This document shows, in pieces, positions 1 to 11,695 of a stretch of 64,000 nucleotides of DNA. The stretch comes from Camelus ferus (Eukaryota): positions 90,150,001 to 90,214,000 of the forward strand of contig NC_045697.1 in assembly GCF_009834535.1 (NCBI RefSeq). Reading direction: 5' to 3'. Each line of letters opens with the position of its first letter. Within the stretch, counting starts at the first letter, position 1. Position numbers and translations under genes: made by a program. The notes under the pieces were generated by a model. That model was not told the origin of the DNA, ran no database searches, and was given only the letters and a program-made list of their open reading frames with translations.

Positions 1-321
1 GAAAAGCTCAGGACACATCCCGGCAATGGTAAATTATGTAAGTAGGCTAAAAGCTACAGTATATGTCTGAAAATAACACGAAGTAAGGGGTAAAAAGACA
101 TTATATCTACATTTATGAGGTTCTAGAATGCTAATTAAAGAAATTTACACTTCATTCTATAAGCAGTAAGGGAACTTTGATAGTTTTATGTTCTGTTTTG
201 TTTTTTATTTTTGTCAAGGAGCTGCTTTGTTCAAGGTATTTTTTTCAAGAAAATTAATGCATCAGTGATGTGATGGAAAAAGCAGGATACACAGGAAAGA
301 GAAACAGTCTCTATTCCTTGA

Positions 322-783
322 TGTGGCAGATTATACTTTCCAAAGATGGTTATATCAGTATCTCATATCCTCCATGATCTTCTTACAATGGGAAATTGAC
401 ATTACACCCCTTTCCTTTGGAGCACAGTGGACGTTAGTGACTTTCTTGATCACTACAGTATAGCAGAATTGATAGTATATGACTTCTAAAACTAGACCAT
501 AAAATGCCAAGTACTTCTGCCTCATTCTCTTTGGCTGGTATCTCTTGAAATCCACTTTCTGTGCTATGAAACCCAAACCAGAGCAATATGAGAGATCATA
601 ATAAGAGCCACAGTGTAGGTGTTCCAGCTGACAGTCCAAATAAGGTCTCAGCCTATAACCAGCAACAACGTCCAGACATGAGAGTTGATGCCTCCAGATG
701 TCCCAAAGCTCAGCCACAGAATAATTCCTAGTCTTCAAATCTTCCCAGCTGAGACCTCAAACATAGTGAAATAGAAACAAACT
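322..783 (+). mobile_element. ERVL-MaLR LTR, MLT1F/G/H-like
   Basis: Starts TGTGGCAGATTATACTTTCCAAAGATGG; internal motifs (gtgacttctaaaactagaccataaaatgcc; cttcccagctgagacc) resemble MLT1F-H consensus. 3' end truncated. Confidence 0.8.
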
Positions 784-794
784 AAATCTTTGGT

Positions 795-1560
795 ACAACT
801 GCCTTGGACTAGGCAGTTCCATGGGGCTAAGTGAAATTCTCGATAAGGGGCAGAGCTACAAACCATCAGCTTGGGAATCTGTGAGGAGAACTTCACAATC
901 CACTACAGTCTACTCCTTGCACCGCTCAGATTGCCTCCTTCTCAAAGTAAGTTCATCCCATCTGGAAAGAGTTTCCGCCCTGTTTTGATTGGTCTTATTT
1001 TCTGGGAAAACTTACAAGCGAAGTGTTAACGGAATGAACCACAGCCCCCACTGTTGCAGCTCTTGAGGCTATTAACTGTTAATCATCATTCCCCTTTCCA
1101 CTGCCCTTATAGATTCCCCTCATCCTTGGCTAGTAACTCTAATTCATGCTAATTCTAATGACAAGCAGACAATCCTCTGCTTCCAAAGAGTGAACACATG
1201 GAACAAAATTCTCTCCCCTTGTCTTTAAAATTCAGAAAGAAATCACCTTTTTCCCCTGGCCATTTCCATTGAGATACTAAGAGATGGACTAGGCAAACTG
1301 CCTGATAGAATGACCCAGACCTTCATCTCTGTGAGTCCAGATCCCTAGTTACTGTGCTCTTCTCAGGCTATGGCTGAAGGTATAGAAACACTGAGAGATG
1401 TCCAAACAAATCACCTAAATAGCAAACATACTATTCTCTGTCCACGTTGTCTAGCAGCAGCCCTACCTCTTCTGGATGATCAGGGTCATTTACCTCTGCC
1501 AGTGTGATTACTCCATTCTTCCTTATTGCCTCCTTGCCACAAGAAGCCTAAAGTGATCAA
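795..1560 (-). mobile_element. ERV-L (ERV3-16A3/HERV16-like) internal 3' end with polypurine tract and start of an LTR16-like LTR
   Basis: Minus strand translates to a degenerate dUTPase-like segment (GVITLAEVNDPDHPEEVGLLL). PPT-like gcaaggagtagac is followed by LTR start TGTAGTGGAT at 907. Interrupted at ~1135-1277. Confidence 0.8.
1135..1277 (+). repeat. Diverged direct copy of unique sequence at ~3497-3650
   Basis: Shared colinear blocks such as ctaattcatg, atgacaa-cagac-atcctctgc, ttccaaagagtgaacacatggaacaaa and cccctggccatt. Confidence 0.9.
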
Positions 1561-2829
1561 GGGGTTTACCAAGCATTGTGCTTCTTTCTTAGGAATAGAG
1601 ATGATGAAAATGATCCATCTTTTACTTTGGAGGTGATGTCACACAGCATGCTCTAGCCTATTAAAATCCAAAAAGCCTTAACTAATACTGTGGGTAATTG
1701 AATCATCATAGGGTTCATCTCCTTCCTTCTGCCTACCAAGCCTTCAAATGTACTAGCCTTTTCCCAGTAGCTCATTTTGTATAATTACCATGATACAATC
1801 AGTATAGTACAAATAAGAAATAATAAGATAATCTATGGAATGTCCAGGCAGTCCAGCTCCTCTGGACTATATGATGACAAAGGGCAGGAGTGGTAAGATC
1901 ACTGTTAACTCTCTTCATGGGAAAAGATTAGAAAAGTATGCTTTTGTCTGTGAATGCAGCAGGCTCTGATTTTCCTTCTCAAAGGTTTATGACCCTGGGA
2001 AAGTTTTTGTGCTTCACTTTGTGTTTTATAAAGTAAAGAGTAAACATAGTACTTATTTCCCAAGTTGCTATAAGGATTAAAAAAGTTAACACATATAAAA
2101 TATCTAGCATCACTTCTGATACAGAGCAAACATTCAATATTAAGTTTGAAAATTAGGTAAGATCAGATACTGTCAATGTTCTTCATTGCCTTCTACTCAT
2201 AAACATCTTGCTTTTTTATTTGTGGAAAAATTAAAGAGGTGATCTCAGTCTAAAGAGAGGTGTTCCTGCTCTTTGTTTACTCTGTTTTTTTATTACTCTA
2301 TTTAAACTAATCAAAATAAAGAGCTCTGAACAAAGGGAGATATGACTTTTAACAGTCAAAAAATACCAAGAACATATGTGACCATTCATAATCCATTCTT
2401 TCCATCCACCAGTCCACCTTAACTCTTAGATCTTTTGAAGAAACACTTTTCAACAGCACTAATCTTTATTCACATATTTCATATTCAGAGTCTATTGAGA
2501 GTTTCATTGCTCAGTAAGCAGTTAGACAATCTGCTTCAATCCTGAAATGACTGGATTAAAGAATTTACAATAATCCTCCAATATTTATTTACTAAATACC
2601 TTCGACAAGCCAAGTTTCTACTTGCTACACAGAACATAGAAATTAAGTGACCGGCTTCCATACAAGTGCAGAGTACTGTCTTCCTCAGCTACTAAAACTG
2701 CTAAAGTGGAGTCATCTGTTCTAAATCCTCTGTAAGAACATAGGGGGAAAAATCACTAAAACTTGTCCAATACTTGTTTGAAAAAGAACACTATTTAAAT
2801 GGAAAGTGGAACTATGTGTGTTTGGTTAA

Positions 2830-3000
2830 GTCCCAACTCCACCAGTTAGGCATGAGTTCTTGGGAAAACTAACCACTACCATCTTCAGTTTCCTCAAATG
2901 TAAAATGAGAGCACTAGTAGGGTTGCTTTGATTTAATGAAATAATTCCTGTAAACCTACAAATAGCTTATCTATAGTAACTATAATCATACATGTAGCTA
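2830..3000 (+). mobile_element. MIR SINE
   Basis: Core cttcagtttcctcaaatgtaaaatgag. Confidence 0.7.
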
Positions 3001-4467
3001 TAATTATGACAGTATATACTATTAAAGTTACTGCTTATTGTCATTTCTACAGTTTTAAACTACCTGGATTTTGGGTCTTTAAATGACTGATTTGTTAAAG
3101 ATCTGTTCTCCTTACTATACTATGTTACAGAATTTAACATAAGGAAAAAAACTTGATTTTAAAATCCTACTTTATAAATGGATACAACATATTTAATGTC
3201 TTATTTAAAAACAAAACAGTAAGTCACTTTAATTTACACAAAAAACCCATCCACTCTGCTTATTAAAGTTTTTTTTTCTCCCTGTGTTTCTCAGCACAGA
3301 AAGTACCACAACTGAACTGCACATTGGCAGGGGTGAAAAAAAGTCTCTCTCACTCTTACAGGCTTTGCTGTTTCATCCCTGTTTACATTTTTCAAATGCT
3401 AGGTCTATAGCTCCTCTGGAATATTTACCCAACTTTCTTGGGAATGAGTTTGGCCCACCCTGTCTTTATATCATAGGTTCCCGATGGGAAGTAAGCAACA
3501 CTAATTCATGTTAATATTAATGACAAACAGACCATCCTCTGCTTTCCAAAGAGTGAACACATGGAACAAACATTCTCTCCTCCTGCCTCTAAAACTCAGA
3601 ATGAAATCTCATTTCTCCTCCATATTTCCCCTGGCCATTCGACAGAGATGCTGTTAGGTGAACTGAACACATTTGTGGAAAGTCTAAAACTGAGAAGCAA
3701 TGTTTTAACTTCCTTTGTAGAGTTCTTGATCTCAGAAGTCTTATCTAAAGCTGATACATACCTAGAAAAAAAGTTATCGTATTTTAGAAAGAAAGGAAAG
3801 AAAAGAGAAAAAGAAAAGAAAGCTCTTTAAACCTAGCCAAGAAAATACTTCAGTCAGTAAAAATTAGTATGTGAAGGTAGTATACAGAAAAATAACCTAG
3901 TTTCCAATTATACTTTTCAAGGTCTGACCAACAATTAGTGGAAAAGTCAGAACTGCTTTATAGGACCTTCTAACTAAAAAGTAAGTTGATTTTTTCCTAA
4001 ATAGATCTGGAAATTTTTTGGAAATAAAAAACATTGCTGACTGAGGAAGTTTTATTAAAACCTTTGAAGAATTTTTCAACTATAGAAATACTGTGTTCAA
4101 GAATACAGTTTTAATGGATCTATTAAAAATAATAAAACCAAAGTAAAACATGGATGTAATACATACAGGATAAAGTTGCACCCTGTAGCATAATAAGGAA
4201 CTATTCACTTCAGTACTCCATAAGTATCCTTTAAGTTTTTCTGAGGGATCTCCTAGTACCAGACTTGTATTTTGTACTTGAACACTGTGATTACTTCATA
4301 AATGCAGGTCCACTATAACAAAATAAGTGCATAAATATGCATGAAGTTTGGATCATTCTAGGACCAACTCATATTTGAGTAATATTTCAGTGTCTATCTA
4401 ATGACAGATACATTATTAAGAATTTTCACATAAATTATCTCATTTAACCTAGTGAGTTCACAGAGGG

Positions 4468-4700
4468 TTTGTGTTTAAGAGCATGGTCTCTAGAACCAGG
4501 CTGACTAATCTTATAATCTCAGGCCTATTACTTACAAGTGTGACCTTGAACACACAAGCTACTTAACTTCATTGTGCCTTAATTTTCTAATCGAAAAAAT
4601 GGGGATAATAGTTTTAACAATGTTATACGGTGGTGTGGAGATTAAATGAAATGTATATATGTAAATTATCAGAACAGTGTTCAGAAAATATTAGCTATTT
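4468..4700 (+). mobile_element. MIR SINE, apparently inside an opposite-strand MIR
   Basis: ttaagagcatggtctctagaacc...gtgtgaccttg...aaaatggggataatag...gagattaaatgaaat. Confidence 0.85.
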
Positions 4701-5879
4701 TTAGTTGTAGAATATTATTTTTGACCTATTAAATAAGGAAATCAAAGCTCAGTCACTTGACTTGTCAAAATTCTCTCAGGTACCTATGAAGGAATAAGCA
4801 ATTTTACATTGTGTCATTCAGAAGATGGTTGCAAACTGATCTAATTTGGTAATTCACAATTACTGGGTTACTTGGGAGTAGATATTCGTAGCTTTTATTC
4901 ATAGCTTTTATAGATCTCACCTGCAGCCCTGATGTGTGTATAATAATGCAATAAATGAATACTGCAGACTAAACCCTGCCAAACCTACAAACGTTTAACA
5001 GTAGGACAGTAGTAACAAAAACACTAATGCAACTAGTTCTGTAGGCTGGATGAAGTACCAGCTCCCTATTGCTTCAGGTATTCAACAGCATCCTGCAGAG
5101 AAGGTCAATGCAAGGCAGAAAAAGCAATGTCCTAGAGGCAGGATCCAGCCATCCCAGTAGGAGTCAGGCAAAAAACAAAACAAAAACAAATAAACAAAAA
5201 ACTCAGACAAGTGCACTCACACCGGATGGGTTTGGGACCATACACTGAGGGACCATTCTCAGGGATGCAGGCTATCACGTTTGCCACATTCCAAACTCCT
5301 GTCCATGCAGGAGCCCCAGCTCGAAACCTAGCCAATTACAGATTATCTTGAACATAACTAATTTTACCAATGACAAAACATTTCTATATCTAACACACTA
5401 ATTAGTATGCCATCTGGTGTTGTTCTGAGATGAAGAGAGCTGAAAGCTTGGATTAGACACCCCAAAATGTGGGAATGTGATTAGAGCCTTTCACAAAACT
5501 AGCCAAACCTTCCCCCTACCCAGCATATGTATTCCATATTTGGTTATTTTTAATTTTAACTAACCATATCCAGCCCCCACTATACAGATTAAAACTGAGC
5601 ACACACATACACACAACACTGGTTATGCTGAAGTGTTTTAAGTTACAGACAATGCAAAGTATTATTCTTTAATTCTCTAGAAATTTATTCTTCTAAACTG
5701 ACATCTGAAGGGTTTACCAGCCTGTTTCATTTGATATATCCACTATTAGACAGAGCCTCTAATTCTTGACTCCTATTTAGGCAACATCCCTGTGACTGAT
5801 ACTAGTTTCAGTCAACATTCAAAAAAAAAAAAAAAGATTCTATCAGATATCAGTATCAGATATTACCAAAAGGTACAGT

Positions 5880-6840
5880 CTTCTCTTACTTCTCTGCTCC
5901 TAATGCCAGTGTATTTACTATTTAACTCATTGAGACCTACTGACTGGATTCTCCATTCAAATGTCCCACTGGCAACTCATATTCAATGTGGCCAAGACTG
6001 AACCCAACATCTTTGTTCCCCTGTGCTCCTCTACCACTCTAAATCCAGTGTCTTCCCTTCTATTCCCAGTTTCTGAAATTGGAATCACCATTCTCTAATC
6101 ACCCAAAGAGAAACTGTAGTAGTTGTTCTAAGTACAATATATTTACCCTATTCCTCCCACAGAATTAGTAAACAATTCCTCTTAATTTTACCTGCTAAAC
6201 GCTTTTTTGGTTCTGCCTTCTTTTATTCTTAATGTCATTAGCTTAGTTTTAAGCTTTCCTCACTTCTTAGCTGGATTACTGCAATATACTATAAGTATTC
6301 CTGCTTCTGCAATTGTCTTCCCTCTCTAGTCCTTTTTATTACATCAGAGTTACCTAAAATGCAAATTAAATGAAATCATACCCCAGATTATAATGATTTA
6401 ATTGATACTATAGCTGAAAACTCCAAACTTTTTAATGTGTGTATGAAGTATTTCATAAACTGACCACCTAACCCTTCAATCACATCTCTCAACCAGTACA
6501 CTGATATCCTTAAGGAAAGTAAAGTATACAGTATTCTCTACACCCTATTCATATGCTATTATAATATAGAATATCCACTCCTGATTCTCACCCTGTTTAA
6601 TTCTGTTCTGATTTCACCATTTAGCTCAGATTTCACCTTGGGGAAGTTTTATCTTACATTCCAAGTGAATTTACAGAACCTACAAAAAATGAATCCACAT
6701 TTCAGATCTCACTGAATTATGGTTTATTTGTCTACCTTCCCCGTTAGACTCCTTAAGGAATGGCACTGATTCCCCAGGGACTTCACACAGTGCTTAAAAT
6801 GAAGAGTACATTAAATAGTTGCATGATAAGTGACTAACAA
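5880..6840 (+). mobile_element. L2 LINE 3' portion
   Basis: aatgtggccaagactgaac, ctggattactgcaata, tagactccttaagg...cacacagtgc; typical L2 3' motifs. Confidence 0.75.
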
Positions 6841-7229
6841 ATAATCAGAGTGATAAAGAATATTCGTGGGTTCTTTGCTGCTCAGCATCCTGCAGATAGA
6901 CCCACAATGAGGTCTGATTAGTCCCTTTATTTAATACATGTCCTTTAAGGATTTGACTACATAAAAGTTACATGTACAATAACTTTGCCCCTAGTGATTA
7001 TTTAACATCATCTACATTCTGTAATTGATTGATTTAAAGTATGATTGATGAACTGACTCACTCAGCTAACCTACAAGTATAAAATAAACAAGTAACTTTA
7101 TGAAAATATTCTTATTGAATTCCTATCTCAAAGATCTCTACATTAGATGACTGGGGACAAATCTGCTAATTTCTGATAAAGTCATTAATGTCAAAACTTA
7201 TTAGTTACTGCTGAGCTAAACTGTAGTAA

Positions 7230-7660
7230 CAGCTATCATTCTTTGAATGCTTACTCAGTTTTATGCAAGGTGTATTACACACCAGTTGTTTTGAACCAGA
7301 GGGCAATCTAGCAATGCCTAGAGACAATTTTGGCTGTCACAACTGTGGGAGAAGTGCTACTGGTATCTAGTGTGTAGAAGCCATGAATGTTGCTGAACAT
7401 CCTACAATGCATAGGACAGCTCCCACAACAAAGAATTACTTGGCCCCAAATGTCCACAGTACTGAGGTGCTGAGGTTAGCAATCCTATTTAACCCACAGC
7501 AGCCTTGTACAATAAGACAGTATTAATCGCATGTTACAAATAAGAAAATAAGACCTTGAAAACTAAGTATTCAAGGTACTTAGTTAGTAAGTGGTGGGAA
7601 CAGAATTTAAGCCCATATCTGTGGAACACTAAACTTATGCTCTCTCCAATATAGTATATA
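7230..7660 (-). mobile_element. MIR interrupted by MER20
   Basis: agctatcattctttgaatgcttact...ttacaaataagaaaata...ttagtaagtggtgggaacagaattt. Confidence 0.7.
7283..7487. mobile_element. MER20 (hAT-Charlie MITE)
   Basis: tttggctgtcacaactg...gctactggtatctagtg...catcctacaatgcataggacagc...cacaacaaagaatta matches MER20. Confidence 0.9.
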
Positions 7661-10264
7661 GCCTCCACCCAAAATATCTAATAACTATCATTTTTAGATA
7701 TAAAGATAACTGTGTTGCATGTGATTATATGATGTATTGTACAATCATTTCTTCCAAAATAAAATACAGAAAAGTTTAAAGTAATTGCAGATCAATTCTT
7801 TACAGGTAACGATCAGAGATATGTGGACTTGCTATATATTTTTAAAAATTTAGATTAGAAATGATGTTGTTCTATGTTTCTGGTTATTTTGCTTCTTCCT
7901 CAATGACTTAATTCTGCAATAAAGTTGTTAATCTTAAAAACCTGAGATTATTTAAATCTATATAAACGCACAAGCATTATATCTAATTCTCAAAACAGCC
8001 CTTTAAGGTAGGTGTTATTTTCCCCATATTGCAGATGAAAAAACAATATTTTGTGCCAGTGAGCTCAATTAGTCTATGGAAAAGACTGGGGAACAACATA
8101 TTGAAACTGCTTGCATTGGTTTTAAGTTATCACTAATTGCCCAAAGAACTTTCTAAAAAACTCAAATAAACCAGATCTGTTTTTTTAAAATGAGAATCTA
8201 TTCACTCTTTGATAGTCATGCCAACTTTCTCCATACAAATATTTTTTTAGCATGACCAGTTATAAGCTTCCTTTTTATACTTTTTCTCCACTAAATCTGA
8301 AAAATTGTTCAACAGCAAACCATGGGACCAGCCCATGGTTTTTACAATGCTCCCTAGGAACGAGAAGAATTTTTATAATTATGGCTAATAGTACTGTTGC
8401 TGCAATCAGTAGTGGTTTAAGTCCCAGTATAGAGAATTTTTTTAACATACTTTCCTGTTCATACCTAATCATTTTTCCATTAAAAGAAATGATAAATTAA
8501 CCTCTTGTTTAATAAACACAATATACATGGAACTTCCTGGAATACATGTACTCACTATAAGCTGAGAAAAAATAGAGATTAAAAACACTGTGTTTCTGTG
8601 TTTAGATTTTTTTGCTCTTAGAAAAAACTCACAATTCAGCTCTATTTAGTCACACACTTAAAACAGTAAATAGAATCACTTGCACATTTACACATACCAT
8701 GGTGTGCATCATCTCTAAGTTACCTGAAACAGCACATATTTAATTCACCCATAAAGATTATCATACACATATATAAACATATATAGTATGCATTGTTGCC
8801 GTTCATAGAGAATGTATATATGTGTTTTGAAAAATCGAAGAAAGAAAAAGAAGACACAAATCAACCAAGAACTTTTGTGTCTGCTTTCAAGCTAGAAAGG
8901 AGAAATTTACCTTCTATCACCCAGTGCTGAAAAATCCAAAGGAAAAAACTTAAACCAACAATAGGAAAGTTAATAGAAAAGAACAAATAATAATATCCTA
9001 AAATGTTGCTCTTTTAACACTTTTAACACTAAGAATTCTTCAAAAACACAGTTTGAGAGCTGGGTTCTCCATGGTCCATTTATACCTCTCCTGTGCCATC
9101 TAGTGTTTTTAGGTGATTACTATGAATCAAGAGTCTAGAATAATCTATCACTTTAGCTGACCATTCAGCTTGTCTGCATGATCAGCCTCAGGCAAGCAAA
9201 CAACTAACTCAAACTTGGGCTGCAAAAGGGTGGTTTTACTGGGTTATGAAAAAATTGCAAATGAACAGGATGTTAATAGCAAGGGAGAAAGCTTTAAAGT
9301 TAAGTTCAGGAACTATGGCTAACAGACATTGAGAAAATAATGCATAATGGAGCTATTGAATCTCATTAGATTCCATACACAGTATAATAGAAGTAGAATT
9401 TTGATCTGAGGCTGCACATCTGGATGGGAGAAACCATAAGAAAAGGGTAGAGTGAAACAGAACCATCTTTCCTTACTCACAAACATTTCTGCCTCTCTTG
9501 TGGTCTGGCTACGGTACCAGGTTCAGTTACAACACCCACCATTAGAAGTGGCTGCCACAGCTACTTCATCCTTTCAAAGCAAAGTTTTACTTTACTACTT
9601 TTGTCGAAACATTCCACTGAAAGCACAGGCTCACTGCATGGTGCTAGGTAGAGATCTTTTCTTACAAGATCTTGGACTTTAATTCTCTATGGGATACTGT
9701 TCCATCAGGCATAAATTGCTTAATGGATCAATATATAGAGGACTATTTTGCAATTTATGCCTGAAATTCCTGATTTGAGAAATAACTCAAATAACTGCAT
9801 CCAACTCAGATAATAACTCACTATTTACATGGGAATTAAAAAGGCTATATAAATAAAACCTAATTAATTGATCCCATCTTGAATAAGTTTAGGATTATAC
9901 CCAAAAATAAGCCCTGGTCTGTATGTTCTGATCTAATTAAAACATATTTAACCAAAATCAATTAACTGTTCCCCCAAAAGGTGACTACATGCCACTTCCC
10001 ATGTGAATTTCACTTCAAGTGCTTTTTGAATTTTATAAGAATCTTTATTGTAGGAAAAGTGCAGGAAAGCTGCACATGTGTAATTTTGTTCCCTGGCATT
10101 CTGAGACAGTCAAGAGTTAAGAGTCACTGAAAACCATTAGGGGGAAGAAAGTTAGGTATCACAAACCAGCCCTGCAGTCTGTGGAATAAACTGGGCTTGA
10201 TGGTGACTTTTAAACTCTTGCCAAGCATAGATGGTCAATCACTGCATTGATGAATTATCAGTCT

Positions 10265-10490
10265 TATAACAGCTATCATTTGTAGAGCTTTAAAATATGT
10301 CAAGTTCTACATTCAGTTCTTTCTTTACATTGTCTCAACCAATCTTCACAATCACCAAGTTAGGAAACTGAGGCTTCATTTGATAATTCATATAAGTTGC
10401 CCAAGGTTACAACAGTTCATGAATGGCAGAGCTGGATTCATTACTCAACCATCTGACACAAAGATTCATGCCATAAACCACTCCCTCCGC
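10265..10490 (-). mobile_element. MIR SINE
   Basis: ggaaactgaggct...ttgcccaaggttac...tggcagagctggattc. Confidence 0.8.
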
Positions 10491-11334
10491 AGTGATGGAG
10501 ACTGAGAGTCTGTCAGAAAGTCAGAACCCCTGATTTGCTTTCCTTAGGCTGGTGACTCCCCAATCTTACCAAAACTATGTCCATAAAAGAAAAATTCTAT
10601 AATTGTGTCAGAATTTAAGACCATTCTTCTGAGATGCAATGGAACATCTCCCTTTGGATCAGTCCAGTGTGCTTTCTAGTCTGCCATTGCTTGAGATCAC
10701 TTTTTGTCAGTACCTATGTGATAACAAGCAAACCTGATAGCATTCCAACTCAAACTCAGTTCTCCTTCTCAGCAGCACAAACCCTCCCTGCTATCCAGTG
10801 AAGTCCAAAGGCAGTATAAGCAGACTCATTAATTGAGGCTACCCGGGATCTCAGTCCAAGGCACTAAATACATCCTGCTAGGATAAATTATAAGCAAATC
10901 CCATCTTGGTAGATTGATCCAGGTTTAAAGTATTTTTTCAGGTTTCACTTGTCTTCACCATTGTGTTAGTTCAACAGCACTCAAGGCCAATGCTTGGAAT
11001 TGTTCTTCTACCTTTCACTCTAAACCCTGAGCGATGTACTCAATTAAAATACATTTTTTCATCTCTGGAGGAACAGGGTCTTTATCTGGCTGGATCCCTA
11101 ATCTGTCCACACTGGATTCTGATGAAGATTATTCTTCAAACAGATGTGAATGTCCAATAAAATCTACCCTTAGACATTCTGTTTTCTTTCTTTGTTGTTC
11201 TCTTCCCTTCTGTGATTCTTACCTGCCCCTCTTTTCCCCTGCATTTCTTAGCATACAAGCCCCAGCTGGAAGATCATTCTTCCTTGAAGAACTGGACACT
11301 ATATGCCTTTACCACATTTCTCTTTCGGAGATGC

Positions 11335-11695
11335 TGCTATGAGTTCAATTGTGTGTCCCATAAAATTCACATGTTGAAGCCCTAACCAATGTAATGGTAT
11401 CTGGAGATGAGACCTTTGGGAGATAATCTGCTTTAGATGAGGTCATGAGGTTGGAGACATCATGATGGGGTTAGTGCCCTTATAAGAAGAAACACCAGAG
11501 AGCTTGCCATGTGAGGACACACAGAGAAGGCTGTATGCAAACCAGGAACAGAATCCTCATCAGAACTCCCAGGCTGGCACTCTGACCTTGAACTTCCAAC
11601 TTTCAGAACTGTGAGAAAATACATTTCTGTTGTATAAGCCACCTTTACTTATTTACTACAGTATTTTGTTATGGCAGCCCCAGCAGACTAATACA
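11335..11695 (+). mobile_element. MLT1A/MLT1A0 solo LTR (ERVL-MaLR) with 5-bp TSD
   Basis: TG...CA termini (tgctatgag...cagactaataca). Flanks gatgc (11330-11334) and gacgc (11696-11700) differ by one CpG transition. Confidence 0.9.

Noticed and set aside
355..738. 127-aa minus-strand ORF
   Set aside because: Lies wholly within the MLT1 LTR; chance open frame.
8317..8341. Perfect 10-bp inverted repeat aaaccatggg-accag-cccatggttt
   Set aside because: Real but short; too small for a pre-miRNA, and a terminator interpretation does not apply in a mammal.
9746..9767. Resemblance of the hairpin 3' arm (UUUUGCAAU...CCUGAA) to miR-450b-5p
   Set aside because: Wrong arm, no complementary downstream star strand and no miR-450 cluster context; treated as coincidence.
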